Sequence record: SRR31156797_8254 | DNA length: 64,000 nucleotides | Reading direction: 5' to 3' (one strand) | Shown: positions 7,928-17,937 of the stretch, piece after piece | Layout of the letters: every line of letters begins with the position of its first letter | Position numbering within the stretch: the stretch's first letter is position 1 | Notes under the pieces: model-generated | What the model saw: only the letters and a program-made list of their open reading frames with translations | Databases searched by the model: none | What the model was told of the DNA's origin: nothing | Made by a program: the position numbers and the translations under genes

Positions 7928-9238
7928 ATGGGAAAATTAGCAGTTAATGGTGGAGAAAGAATCAGAAACAGAGATCTGCCGAATTACACAGTAATGAACG
8001 AACGGGAAGCTCAGGCTGCTTATGATGTCGTACGGAAGGGAATCCTATCTGATTTCCTGGGGTGTTGGGATGATTGTTTTTTCGGTGGGGAAGAGATTAA
8101 GAGCTTTGAAGTCGAATGGGCTGAAAAATTCAATGCTAAACATGCTATTACTGTGAATTCCAACTCTTCGGGAATCCTTTGTGCTCTGGGTGCCGCTGGA
8201 GTCGGTCCCGGTGACGAAGTTATCGTATCACCTTATTCAATGTCTGTTTCAGCGTCCGCACCATTTTTCTATGGTGCCATGCCGGTTTTTGCTGATATAG
8301 AAGAAGACTATTTCTGCATCTCCCCTGAGAGTGTTGAACGAGTGATCACGCCAAGGACGAAGGCCATTATAGCGGTCGACATCTTCGGTCATTCCTATGA
8401 CTACAGAAGAATCAATGAGATTGCCAAAGCTCATAATATCACTGTTATTGAAGATTGTGCCCAGGCGCCGGGGGGAATGATCGATGGCAAGTTTGCCGGT
8501 ACAAATGGACACATGGGTGTCTTCTCCTTGAATTATCATAAGCACATTCATACGGGAGAGGGTGGTATTATCGTCACAGATGATGATGATCTTGCATTGC
8601 GGTGTAAGCTGATTCGAAATCATGCTGAATCGGTTGTTGATGATATGCCCTATACAACAAGCTCTGTTAATATGGTTGGTCTTAATGTCAGGATGACCGA
8701 AGTGGAAGCCGCAATCGGTAGGGTTCAGTTGAGTAAACTTGATTCTCTTGTTGAAGCCCGAATAGAGAATGTTAAGTATTTTGAAGAATCGATCAAAGAT
8801 ATTCCATTTCTGACTCTTCCTAAAGTGGATGAGAACTGTAAGCATGTTTACTATGTTCATACCTTGAAATATGAGATGTCTTTAGCCAATGACGTGCCTC
8901 GGGATGTCTATATCAAAGCAGTAAACGAGGAACTTATGCCCGATGGTGTCAATAGAACAAGAAACAGTTTCGTCGCCGGGGGCTATGTGAAACCTCTTTA
9001 TCTTCAGAGTCTATATACAGAGAAAAGGGGAATGGGTGCAAAGGCATATCCCTTTGGGAATCCTATCTATGAGGATGTTCAGGCTTTTGAAAGAGGACTC
9101 TGTCCTGTTGTTGAAGATATGCACTTCAACAAGGCAATGACAAATGATTTGATTCATCCTTCTTTGACAAAGGACGATATGAGTGATATAGCCGGTGCCT
9201 TTGTCAAAGTCGCGGAGAATCTTGACGAATTGAAATGA
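7928..9238 (+). CDS. DegT/DnrJ/EryC1/StrS sugar aminotransferase
   Basis: IEDCAQA, FSLNYHKHIHTGEGG, GLNVRMTE. Confidence 0.9.
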   Translation: MGKLAVNGGERIRNRDLPNYTVMNEREAQAAYDVVRKGILSDFLGCWDDCFFGGEEIKSFEVEWAEKFNAKHAITVNSNSSGILCALGAAGVGPGDEVIVSPYSMSVSASAPFFYGAMPVFADIEEDYFCISPESVERVITPRTKAIIAVDIFGHSYDYRRINEIAKAHNITVIEDCAQAPGGMIDGKFAGTNGHMGVFSLNYHKHIHTGEGGIIVTDDDDLALRCKLIRNHAESVVDDMPYTTSSVNMVGLNVRMTEVEAAIGRVQLSKLDSLVEARIENVKYFEESIKDIPFLTLPKVDENCKHVYYVHTLKYEMSLANDVPRDVYIKAVNEELMPDGVNRTRNSFVAGGYVKPLYLQSLYTEKRGMGAKAYPFGNPIYEDVQAFERGLCPVVEDMHFNKAMTNDLIHPSLTKDDMSDIAGAFVKVAENLDELK

Positions 9239-10116
9239 AAATTGCTGTCTGTTGTCATGATGCCGGTGGCTCGGAAGTGGTAGCCGCTTGGGTTGCTGCA
9301 AATCCTCAAAATCATTATAGCTTTATTTTAAAAGGCCCTTCTATAAAAATATTTGATAGGGTTTGTGATCTTACGGAAAATAGCTCTTCTATACCTCCAG
9401 ATTCTGACCTCGTGCTAACTAGTACAAGTTGGGCATCTGAGCATGAGCTGGAGTGTATTAAAGATGCTAAAAAGCAGGGGATAAAGAGTGCATCGTATAT
9501 CGATCATTGGGTAAATTATCGAGAGCGCTTTGCTTATCCCAATTCAAACTGGGAAGAAAACCTTCCTGATGAGATCTGGTATGGGGATGAGTATGCGCAT
9601 GACATACTTCTTGATACTGGTTTTCCTGATGTAATGCTAAAATATGTTGAGAATGAATATTTTAATAGCTTAAAAGAAAAAATGAGCAAGTCAATTGTTA
9701 GTAAATATAAGTACCTTTATGTTTGCGAACCAATAGCAGATCATATGTTTGACAAATATGGAGACTCTTTGTACCTTGGGTATGATGAATATACGGCAAT
9801 AGATCATTTCTTTAGAATAGTAATTTCTTCAAGTGATAGAATCTTGATTAGGTTACATCCATCTGAGTCCAAAAAAAAATATAATTCTATTATCCATAAA
9901 TATAATGCTATATTGAAAATTGATATATCTGAAAATACAACTCTTTTTGATGATATTGAAAATTCAAAGATAGTAGTTGGATGTGAGTCAATGGCAATGG
10001 TTATTGCTTTAATGGCAGGTAAAAAAGTATATACATCAATCCCCTTAGGCAGGGATATGTGTCGTTTACCTTTTGTCGAAATTAGGAAATTAGGAACTTT
10101 ACTATATAATGAATAG
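9235..10116 (+). CDS. Hypothetical GT-B-like protein, possible nonulosonate transferase or hydrolase
   Basis: HDAGG, DHWVNYRERF, RLHPSE, VVGCESMAMVIALMAGKKV; the HP and terminal motifs resemble CMP-sugar-binding GT-B domains. Confidence 0.45.
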   Translation: MKIAVCCHDAGGSEVVAAWVAANPQNHYSFILKGPSIKIFDRVCDLTENSSSIPPDSDLVLTSTSWASEHELECIKDAKKQGIKSASYIDHWVNYRERFAYPNSNWEENLPDEIWYGDEYAHDILLDTGFPDVMLKYVENEYFNSLKEKMSKSIVSKYKYLYVCEPIADHMFDKYGDSLYLGYDEYTAIDHFFRIVISSSDRILIRLHPSESKKKYNSIIHKYNAILKIDISENTTLFDDIENSKIVVGCESMAMVIALMAGKKVYTSIPLGRDMCRLPFVEIRKLGTLLYNE

Positions 10117-11671
10117 AATGATATTAGACAAGAATGAAAAAGAATTTATTGAGCATAATAAAAAAGTTTGGAAAAATGAAAGAATATCATCTGAAAATCT
10201 TATCCTTATAGATCTCTTTCCTGTTAATGAATCCATTCTTATTTACTCTTATCTTTCTAATATACTAAGTAATATTTTTAATGCAAGAATATACTCCTTC
10301 TCTCAATCTATAACTATTAAGCAGAAAATCAAAAATATAGTATTACCCAATAAAACACTAAGAATATTTAAGAGTTTTAACTGTCTAAAGAATGTTCATG
10401 TAAAACATCTTAACAAAGAAAGAAATAATATTAAAATTAAAGTCAACCAGATTATTGAAAAAATATCAACAAAGAAAGATGTAGTAGAGATTGAAGTTGA
10501 TAATATTGTTCTAGGTGACCTGATTTATGATACATATCTTAGAGTTCATAATTGCCCAACTGTTGAGCTTGGTAGCAAGCGCTTGAAAGATACAATAACT
10601 AAAGCAATTATAACATATACATTTTGGAATCAATTTATTAAGAATAATGACCTAAAAGCCGTTATAATTAGTCATGAAGTTTATATTCAATATGGTATAC
10701 TTGCTCGGTTATGTTACAGTAAAAATATTCCTGTCTATATAGCAAATAGAGGTACTTGCAATCATCTCTCTGCGGAAAAGCCTATGATAGACAGTATTGT
10801 TAACGATTATAGAGAAATCTTTAATAATCTACCGCAACATATAAGGTCAAAAGGTCTAAAAGATGCCCAATCAGCTTTACAAAGAAGGTTATCTGGAGAG
10901 GTCGGAATTGATATGGATTATCAAGTCCTTTCTGCCTATCATAGTGAGAAAACGTGTAAATTACTGGAATCATCAGATCGATTTAAAGTTCTTATAGCAA
11001 CTCATTGTTTCTTTGATAATCCTCATAGTTATGAGTTTATGATTTTTCCGGATTTTTATGAGTGGTTATGTTTTATAGGTGAAATGACTTTAAAGACAGA
11101 TTATGATTGGTATTTAAAGACTCATCCTGATTATTTACCAGGAACAATGGAAGTCATTAATTCAGTTATCAAAAAATATCCTAAAATAAAATTATTACCT
11201 GCAGAGGCTTCTCATCATCAATTAATCGAAGAAGGGATTGATGCTGTGTTAACAATTCATGGGTCTATAGCACATGAATATGCGTATTTTGGTCTTCCAG
11301 TTGTAAATGCGGGTCACAATCCTCATATTAAATACAACTTTAATATTCACACTACAAATTTAGACGATTACAGGAAGGTAATTCTAAATTTGAATAATCA
11401 AAAACTGGATATTAATAAAATTGAAATATTCGAATTTTATTATACGCATTATATAAGATCAATTAATAAAGAGTGGTTTTTTGATAAAGAATTTTATAGC
11501 TTATTTAGTTCTTTTGAAGAGTTATCGTCTTCTGTAATACTTAGTAAGTTTATTAATCATACTTTCAAAAATAAGCATGCATTGTTAATTGAGAGGATTA
11601 AAAGGTTTATTGAAAGTTCTGAATTCAGACTTTTAGTTGATGATGAATTGGAATGTGAAAATGATACTTAA
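10109..11671 (+). CDS. KpsS/KpsC-like capsule biosynthesis glycosyltransferase
   Basis: C-terminal LKTHPD...VLTIHGSIAHEYAYFGLPVVNAG pattern typical of the capsule-synthesis fold. Confidence 0.55.
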   Translation: MNRMILDKNEKEFIEHNKKVWKNERISSENLILIDLFPVNESILIYSYLSNILSNIFNARIYSFSQSITIKQKIKNIVLPNKTLRIFKSFNCLKNVHVKHLNKERNNIKIKVNQIIEKISTKKDVVEIEVDNIVLGDLIYDTYLRVHNCPTVELGSKRLKDTITKAIITYTFWNQFIKNNDLKAVIISHEVYIQYGILARLCYSKNIPVYIANRGTCNHLSAEKPMIDSIVNDYREIFNNLPQHIRSKGLKDAQSALQRRLSGEVGIDMDYQVLSAYHSEKTCKLLESSDRFKVLIATHCFFDNPHSYEFMIFPDFYEWLCFIGEMTLKTDYDWYLKTHPDYLPGTMEVINSVIKKYPKIKLLPAEASHHQLIEEGIDAVLTIHGSIAHEYAYFGLPVVNAGHNPHIKYNFNIHTTNLDDYRKVILNLNNQKLDINKIEIFEFYYTHYIRSINKEWFFDKEFYSLFSSFEELSSSVILSKFINHTFKNKHALLIERIKRFIESSEFRLLVDDELECENDT

Positions 11672-12941
11672 ACATATAAAAAGAAATTTTAAAATTGGGA
11701 GTATTTATACATTAGGAAATATTTTAAATAGGGGTATCCCTCTATTGTTAATGCCATATTTGACAAGAGTGTTACCACCTCATCAATATGGATTGGTGTC
11801 ACTGTTTTTATCATTAACAGTATTATTGACGGCGATTATGGGCTTTTCATCTAATACTGTCATAAGTCAGAAATACTTCAAAGTCAGTAATGATGAAAGA
11901 GCATATTTAGTATCTGATGCTTTAAAATTATCGTTTATAGGATTTATTTTATTATTAATTATAATATTGCCTTTCTCTGCCTTAATTGATGATTACTTTG
12001 AAATTCCACAATGGCTGCTATTCACTAGTCTTATTGTTTCGTTTATGAATATTTGGTTTTTGATAGCCAAAGTTATACTACAAGTAGAAAAAAAGGCAAT
12101 GTTATACGCTTTTGGAATAAATAGCATAACTTTATTTAACATAGTATTCTCAATATTGTTTATTTCTTTGTTTAATTTAGGATGGAATGGACGTATCTTA
12201 GGTTTTTTACTTAGTAGTTTTCTCAGTATGCTTTTGTCTATATTTGTATTGATTAAATTGAGCTTATTAAATAAAAAATCTCTATTTAACACTAAATATT
12301 TGAATGAAATTTTTATTTTAGGTTTAGCATTGGTTCCCTCATCTATCGGTGGATGGATATATTCTTTAGGTGATAGATTTGTTTTATCTGGACTGTTGAG
12401 TAATGAAGCTGTTGGTTTATACGCAGCTTCTTTTTCATTAGCTTCTCTTATTGATATTGTTGCTACTCCTGTGGGATTAGTTTGGGCTCCTATTTTTTTT
12501 GATAAAAAGGCAAAATCTAACGATGAAACGAATCATATCGTTAATAAAGTTAGTTGTGTTTTAGCTATTGGTTATTTATTCATTGCTGTAGTCGGAACAT
12601 TTGCTCTACCGCTATTCGCAAAAATATTTTTGGGAGCTAAATTCATTCAGTCATCTTTTTTGGTTCCATGGTTGGTTTTCGGGTTTGCGTTCAGATCTAT
12701 AGCTGGGCTATTAAGCTATTATATTCTACACAATGAAAATAATATTTTGTTGACAATTCACTTTTTGATTAATTCTGTATTCTCTTTAGGGTTGAGTATT
12801 ATGATGATTAAATTAAAAGGATTAATTGGAATTGCTCAAGCGAATTGCTTTTCTGGGCTAATAGGTTTATTTCTCATGTTACTATTTGTAAAAATATCAA
12901 ATCGAGTAGGTGTCAAAAATGGATATAAGCTTTCAGAGTGA
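11661..12941 (+). CDS. wzx: Oligosaccharide flippase (Wzx, PST family) no. 1
   Basis: About 12 hydrophobic segments; LLMPYLTRVL..QYG and DRFVL...VGLYAAS motifs. Start set at ATG 11661. Confidence 0.85.
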   Translation: MILKHIKRNFKIGSIYTLGNILNRGIPLLLMPYLTRVLPPHQYGLVSLFLSLTVLLTAIMGFSSNTVISQKYFKVSNDERAYLVSDALKLSFIGFILLLIIILPFSALIDDYFEIPQWLLFTSLIVSFMNIWFLIAKVILQVEKKAMLYAFGINSITLFNIVFSILFISLFNLGWNGRILGFLLSSFLSMLLSIFVLIKLSLLNKKSLFNTKYLNEIFILGLALVPSSIGGWIYSLGDRFVLSGLLSNEAVGLYAASFSLASLIDIVATPVGLVWAPIFFDKKAKSNDETNHIVNKVSCVLAIGYLFIAVVGTFALPLFAKIFLGAKFIQSSFLVPWLVFGFAFRSIAGLLSYYILHNENNILLTIHFLINSVFSLGLSIMMIKLKGLIGIAQANCFSGLIGLFLMLLFVKISNRVGVKNGYKLSE

Positions 12942-13998
12942 AACTAATTATCATGAATGGAATCAATTCATGACAAATGATAAAATACTTAATCTATGGG
13001 GCTATACTTTGAGTTTCCTGAAGCAATGTGGTGTAAAGGGAAATAAAAAAGATAAAAGTTTTGCAGTTATTGAGAATAAAGAAGTTATTGGTATATGTCT
13101 TCTTTACATCGTGGAGATAGATGGTGTTCTTACAATATCAAATGATGGAGGATTTCTTAGAGGTCCAATGGTGCTAAGCAAAATCTCTGAGAAAAAAAAA
13201 GAGAAAGTAATGGATTTTATAATGCAGACAGTTGACACCATCGCGATCGATTATAATATCAAAAAATCATTATTTTTCTATGATCCACAAATGGAGTTAC
13301 CTAATATTGGGAACATTCTTCTTAAATATGATTATATTGATGCTTCAATCAATACACAGTTAATATATTTAAAATTAGATGAGTCCGAAATTCGGAAAAA
13401 TTTTAGAAAAAGCTATAAATCTTTAGTAAATAAAGGACTGAAAACATATGACTTTTTTGTAATGAATGCTGACAATCCAAATTATGACATTCATGACTTG
13501 TATAGAAAAACACATATAAAAGCAGCTGGTTTTGAGGTATATTCAAAAGAAATATATGATAGTCAATTTGAGCAATTACTAAAAGGAGAGTCCACTTTAA
13601 TTGGTGTAAAGTATAGCAATGAAATTGTTCAGTTGAATTATTTTAATCATTTTAACGGTTATGTTTATTATGCATCAGCAGCTGACGATCCAGATTTTTC
13701 GGACAATTGTAAAGTTCCCATTGGGCATTCCATTATGTGGTTTGCAATTCAATATTTTAAAAAGAATGGTTTTAGCTTTTTTGAGTTGGGTTGGCAAAAT
13801 CTAACAAATCAATTATTTGACATTCCTAGTAATAAAGAAATTAGTATAAGTTACTTTAAGAATGGATTTGGAGGTGAGTTAATCTCATTATTTCGTGGAA
13901 TAAAGTATTTTGATAATGAATATAAAAGTAAAGATTTAAAAAATACTATGAATCAATATTTAGAAAAAGAAGCGGAACGGTTGTCGACTGAGAGGTAA
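12919..13998 (+). CDS. FemAB/GNAT-like acyl or aminoacyl transferase, paralog 1
   Basis: IRKNFRKSYKSLVNKG, YASAA, FFELG, ISYFKNGFGG (Fem-type FKxGFG). Confidence 0.7.
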   Translation: MDISFQSETNYHEWNQFMTNDKILNLWGYTLSFLKQCGVKGNKKDKSFAVIENKEVIGICLLYIVEIDGVLTISNDGGFLRGPMVLSKISEKKKEKVMDFIMQTVDTIAIDYNIKKSLFFYDPQMELPNIGNILLKYDYIDASINTQLIYLKLDESEIRKNFRKSYKSLVNKGLKTYDFFVMNADNPNYDIHDLYRKTHIKAAGFEVYSKEIYDSQFEQLLKGESTLIGVKYSNEIVQLNYFNHFNGYVYYASAADDPDFSDNCKVPIGHSIMWFAIQYFKKNGFSFFELGWQNLTNQLFDIPSNKEISISYFKNGFGGELISLFRGIKYFDNEYKSKDLKNTMNQYLEKEAERLSTER

Positions 13999-14001
13999 GT
14001 T

Positions 14002-15036
14002 TTGGAGATAATATATCAAAGCAAGGTTAATTATAGAGATTGGGATGTATTTCTTAAAAATGAAAATGATCTAAATCTTTGGGCATATACAAAGAAATTT
14101 ATGGATCAGTGTGGCATATCATTCGAAAAAAAAGATTTAAGCTTTGCTGTTATAGAAGATAATTCCGTTATAGGAATTTGCCCACTATTCATAACTAATG
14201 TTCATGGATATAAAGAGATATCTGATGATGGAGGTTATCTTAGGTCATATATAGCTACATCAAGTGCTGATGGAAGAAAAAGAGAGCGAATTTATGACAC
14301 TATAAATTCTGAAATTGATAGAATTTCATGTGAATACAACGTGAAAAAAATCATGTATTCACAAGATCCTCAAATTACAAATAAATCGGATGGTAATCCT
14401 TTTTTAAAATATAATTATCTTAATTCTTCTATAAATACTCAATTAATCGATCTTGATTGTGAGATAGAAATTTTACGTCAAGGATTCAGGAAAAGCTATA
14501 AGGCCTTAGTGAATAAAGGTCTTAAAACATATGATTTCAAGGTAATGAATTGTCAAAATCCAGATTATGAATTGCATGAATTATATCGGGAAACACATAA
14601 AAAAGCAGCTGGTAGAGAAACAAGAAGTAAACATAGTTTTGATCTTCAATTTGATCAGCTACTAAACGGTGAAGCGACATTAGTGGCTGTTTCTTATGAA
14701 GGAAGCTATGTGCAGCTAAACTATTTTAATCATTTTAATAATTATGTTTATTATGCATCAGCAGCTGATGATCCTGAATTTACTAAGTCTTGTGATGTTC
14801 CTATCGGTCATTCAATAATTTGGTTTGCAATAGAATATTTTAAAAGGATAAATTTTAGATTTTTCGAATTAGGTTTACAATATACAAAAAATAACCTTTT
14901 TGATGATATTTCCGATAAGGAGATAAATATTAGTTATTTTAAAAGGGGATTTGGCGGGAGGAATGTTCCTGTTTTTAGGGGAATTAAGTTTTATGATCTT
15001 GGAATATTGAGTAATTTATTTGACAGAATAGCTTAA
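14002..15036 (+). CDS. FemAB/GNAT-like acyl or aminoacyl transferase, paralog 2
   Basis: Same motifs (FRKSYKALVNKG, HKKAAGRETRS, ISYFKRGFGG); TTG start with GAGGT SD. Confidence 0.7.
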   Translation: MEIIYQSKVNYRDWDVFLKNENDLNLWAYTKKFMDQCGISFEKKDLSFAVIEDNSVIGICPLFITNVHGYKEISDDGGYLRSYIATSSADGRKRERIYDTINSEIDRISCEYNVKKIMYSQDPQITNKSDGNPFLKYNYLNSSINTQLIDLDCEIEILRQGFRKSYKALVNKGLKTYDFKVMNCQNPDYELHELYRETHKKAAGRETRSKHSFDLQFDQLLNGEATLVAVSYEGSYVQLNYFNHFNNYVYYASAADDPEFTKSCDVPIGHSIIWFAIEYFKRINFRFFELGLQYTKNNLFDDISDKEINISYFKRGFGGRNVPVFRGIKFYDLGILSNLFDRIA

Positions 15037-15075
15037 TTATAATTAGTTCTGCTACAACAGAATGGGAGTTTTTTC

Positions 15076-16143
15076 GTGAAAATATTGTTGATAGGTGGTA
15101 CCGGTGCTATAGGAACGTATTTAGCTGATATCCTATCGAAAAATAATAATAATATATGTATTACATCTAGAAAAATAAGAAATAGTTATAATAATATTCA
15201 ATTTTTAAAAGGTGATGGTCATAATCTTGAATTCCTGACAAAAATTTTAAAACAAGAAATTTGGGATGTTGTAGTAGATTTTATGGTCTATAGTACGAGT
15301 GAGTTTATTGAACGTAAAAAACTATTACTAGATTCCACTTCTCATTACATATTTCTAAGTACATCAAGAATATTCTCTGAGTCAGATGAACCAATTACTG
15401 AAGAATCAGCTTTACTATTAGATAATATAAATGATAATTCTTTTTTGAAATCTGATGATTATTCATTGTCAAAAGCGAAGCAAGAAAAAGAGTTGTACAA
15501 GTCTGGTAAGCTAAACTGGACAATTGTTCGCCCATATATTACCTATAGCAAAAGTAGACTGCAATTAGGCGTATTTGAAAAGGAAGAGTGGTTATATAGG
15601 GCTATAAAAGGTAGGTCTATTGTTTTTTCAAGTGATATGGGTAATAAGTTGACAACAATGACATATGGATTTGATGTTGCAAAAGGAATTTGCTCAATAA
15701 TTAATAATAGTAAAGCAAATGGCAATGTCTATAATATTTCAAATAATTTATCAAAGTTTAGTTGGAATGATATACTGAATTTATATTGTAGATTACTTGA
15801 AGATAAACTAAATAGACCAATAAAAGTGAAACTTGTTAGTATGGAAGTTTTTAAAAAAATTAGGCCATCTGAATACCAAATTGAATATGACAGAATGTAT
15901 AACAGGGTATTTGATACAAGCAAAATAAACAAGATAATGGATAACACTGAATTTTCGGATTTAAAAAAGGGGTTAGAAAGATGTATTCTGGAGTTTTTAG
16001 AAAACCCTGATTTTTTTTCAATATATTGGGGATTAGAGGCTAAGAAAGATAAAATAGCTAATGAAAAAACTCCACTATGTGAGATAAATGGTTTTCCTGA
16101 TAAATTAAGATATTTATATCATAGATATTTAAAGGCAGAATAA
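15076..16143 (+). CDS. NAD-dependent epimerase/dehydratase (atypical SDR)
   Basis: GGTGAIG, FLSTSR, YSLSK, IVRPYITY; GTG start with GGGAG SD. Confidence 0.8.
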   Translation: MKILLIGGTGAIGTYLADILSKNNNNICITSRKIRNSYNNIQFLKGDGHNLEFLTKILKQEIWDVVVDFMVYSTSEFIERKKLLLDSTSHYIFLSTSRIFSESDEPITEESALLLDNINDNSFLKSDDYSLSKAKQEKELYKSGKLNWTIVRPYITYSKSRLQLGVFEKEEWLYRAIKGRSIVFSSDMGNKLTTMTYGFDVAKGICSIINNSKANGNVYNISNNLSKFSWNDILNLYCRLLEDKLNRPIKVKLVSMEVFKKIRPSEYQIEYDRMYNRVFDTSKINKIMDNTEFSDLKKGLERCILEFLENPDFFSIYWGLEAKKDKIANEKTPLCEINGFPDKLRYLYHRYLKAE

Positions 16144-16157
16144 AAAGGAGCATTTCA

Positions 16158-17903
16158 ATGTCTAATAACTATCCAAATGAAGAAAATGTACAAATAATTA
16201 TATCTTTATTAAAAAAGAATAATATTAGAAAAGTTATAGCATCTCCGGGAACTACTAATATGCCTTTAGTCTGGAGTGTTCAGCATGATGATTTTTTTGA
16301 GGTATATTCTTCAGCAGATGAAAGATCCGCAGCATATATGGCATGTGGTTTGGCAAGTGAATCAGGAGAACCTGTTGTATTGTCTTGTACAGAGGCAACT
16401 GCATCAAGAAATTATCTTCCTGGATTGACAGAAGCTTATTATAGGAAAATTCCGGTGTTAGCAATAACATCTGCTAAAGAGAAAATGTATGCTGGTCATT
16501 ATCTTCCTCAAGTTATTGATCAGAGTGTCATGCCAATAGATACTGCTAAATTGAGTATTTCAATTCCTGTAATTAAAAACTCTGATGACTTTTGGGATTG
16601 TGAGATAAAAGTCAATAATGCTTTATTAGAATTAAAACGACATGGTGGAGGTCCTGTTCATCTTCATTTAACAACGAATTATGGAGGACTTTACGATGTT
16701 AAGACACTTCCAAGTACAAGATTAATATCACGAATAACACAAAATGATGATTTTCCAGATTTGCCGAGTGGTAAAGTAGGGATTTTTGTTGGTGCACATT
16801 CTAAAATGACAGAGTCGTTAATTGATAAGATTGATCGTTTCTGTGAATTGAATAATGCTGTAGTTTTTTGTGACCATACTAGTGGCTATAACGGCCGATT
16901 CAAAGTCCAATTTGCAATTGTCGCTGGTCAAGAATTTCTTGATATATCTGAGTTTATTCCAGAAACATTGATTTATATTGGTGAAGTTTCAGGAGATTAT
17001 TATTCTCATTCACTCGCGAGTAAAAACGTTTGGCGAGTTAGTGAAGATGGGGAAATTAGAGACGCTTTTCGATCATTAAGATATGTTTTTGAAATGCCTG
17101 AAGAAATTTTCTTTGAGATGTATTCTAAAGAAGATTCTGAATCTTTAAATTCATATCTCAATAAGTGCTTAAATAAAGTTACCAATATTAAAGATAGAAT
17201 AAATGAATTAACATTTTCGAACATATGGATAGCTGCCAAATCTGTCTCTATGATACCAAAGAACTCAATAATTCATTTTGGAATTCTAAATAGTTTAAGA
17301 GCGTGGAATTTTTTTGATATTCCTAATTCTGTATCTGCTTCAAGTAATGTAGGAGGTTTTGGAATAGATGGTTGTGTCTCTACATTAATTGGTGCCTCTC
17401 TTGCTGACATAGATAAAATATGTTTTGGTGTTTTTGGAGATCTTGCTTTTTTTTATGATATGAATTCAATAGGAAATCATCATGTCGGTCAAAATGTAAG
17501 AATTATGCTAATTAATAATGGTTGTGGAATCGAATTTAGAAATTACAACCATCGAGCGGCTGTTTTTGGTGAAGACGCTCGAGATTTTATGGCAGCTGCA
17601 GAACATTATGGAAATAAGTCTCCTTTATTGATTAAAAATTATGCTGAAAATCTAGGTTTTGAATATATGAGTGCTTCCTCGAAAAAAGAATTTGAGAATT
17701 GTTATCAGAGGTTTTTTACTGCTGAAATAACTGAAAAACCTATTCTGTTTGAAGTCTTCACTGATGAGAAAGAGGAAAGTATTGCATTGAAGAGTATAAG
17801 AAATGTTGAAAAAAATATTAAAGGTTCATATAAACCGTTGATTAGAAATACCATTGGGGAGAAAAATATTAGAGGTATAAAAAAAATAATAGGAAAACAG
17901 TAA
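16158..17903 (+). CDS. MenD-like thiamine-diphosphate-dependent enzyme (polysaccharide-locus type)
   Basis: ASPGTTN, DERSAAYMACGLA, GGPVHLHL, NVGGFGIDG, ThDP motif GDLAFFYD...INN; no other men genes in the window. Confidence 0.85.
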   Translation: MSNNYPNEENVQIIISLLKKNNIRKVIASPGTTNMPLVWSVQHDDFFEVYSSADERSAAYMACGLASESGEPVVLSCTEATASRNYLPGLTEAYYRKIPVLAITSAKEKMYAGHYLPQVIDQSVMPIDTAKLSISIPVIKNSDDFWDCEIKVNNALLELKRHGGGPVHLHLTTNYGGLYDVKTLPSTRLISRITQNDDFPDLPSGKVGIFVGAHSKMTESLIDKIDRFCELNNAVVFCDHTSGYNGRFKVQFAIVAGQEFLDISEFIPETLIYIGEVSGDYYSHSLASKNVWRVSEDGEIRDAFRSLRYVFEMPEEIFFEMYSKEDSESLNSYLNKCLNKVTNIKDRINELTFSNIWIAAKSVSMIPKNSIIHFGILNSLRAWNFFDIPNSVSASSNVGGFGIDGCVSTLIGASLADIDKICFGVFGDLAFFYDMNSIGNHHVGQNVRIMLINNGCGIEFRNYNHRAAVFGEDARDFMAAAEHYGNKSPLLIKNYAENLGFEYMSASSKKEFENCYQRFFTAEITEKPILFEVFTDEKEESIALKSIRNVEKNIKGSYKPLIRNTIGEKNIRGIKKIIGKQ

Positions 17904-17937
17904 TTTAATTATCAATAAAATTGACTGTAAAAGCGAG

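Noticed and set aside
8249-8860. 203-aa minus-strand ORF and the other short antisense or off-frame ORFs in the track (for example 316-699, 1277-1681, 6146-6544, 27020-27361)
   Set aside because: They overlap well-supported genes and show no recognisable motifs; treated as shadow ORFs.
9871-9879. A9 tracts in coding regions (also 13192-13200 and 47461-47469) as phase-variation sites
   Set aside because: Expected by chance in Lys-rich, very AT-rich genes; all frames are intact.
16158-17903. Calling this gene menD of menaquinone biosynthesis
   Set aside because: No other men genes nearby and it is embedded in a glycan cassette; symbol withheld.
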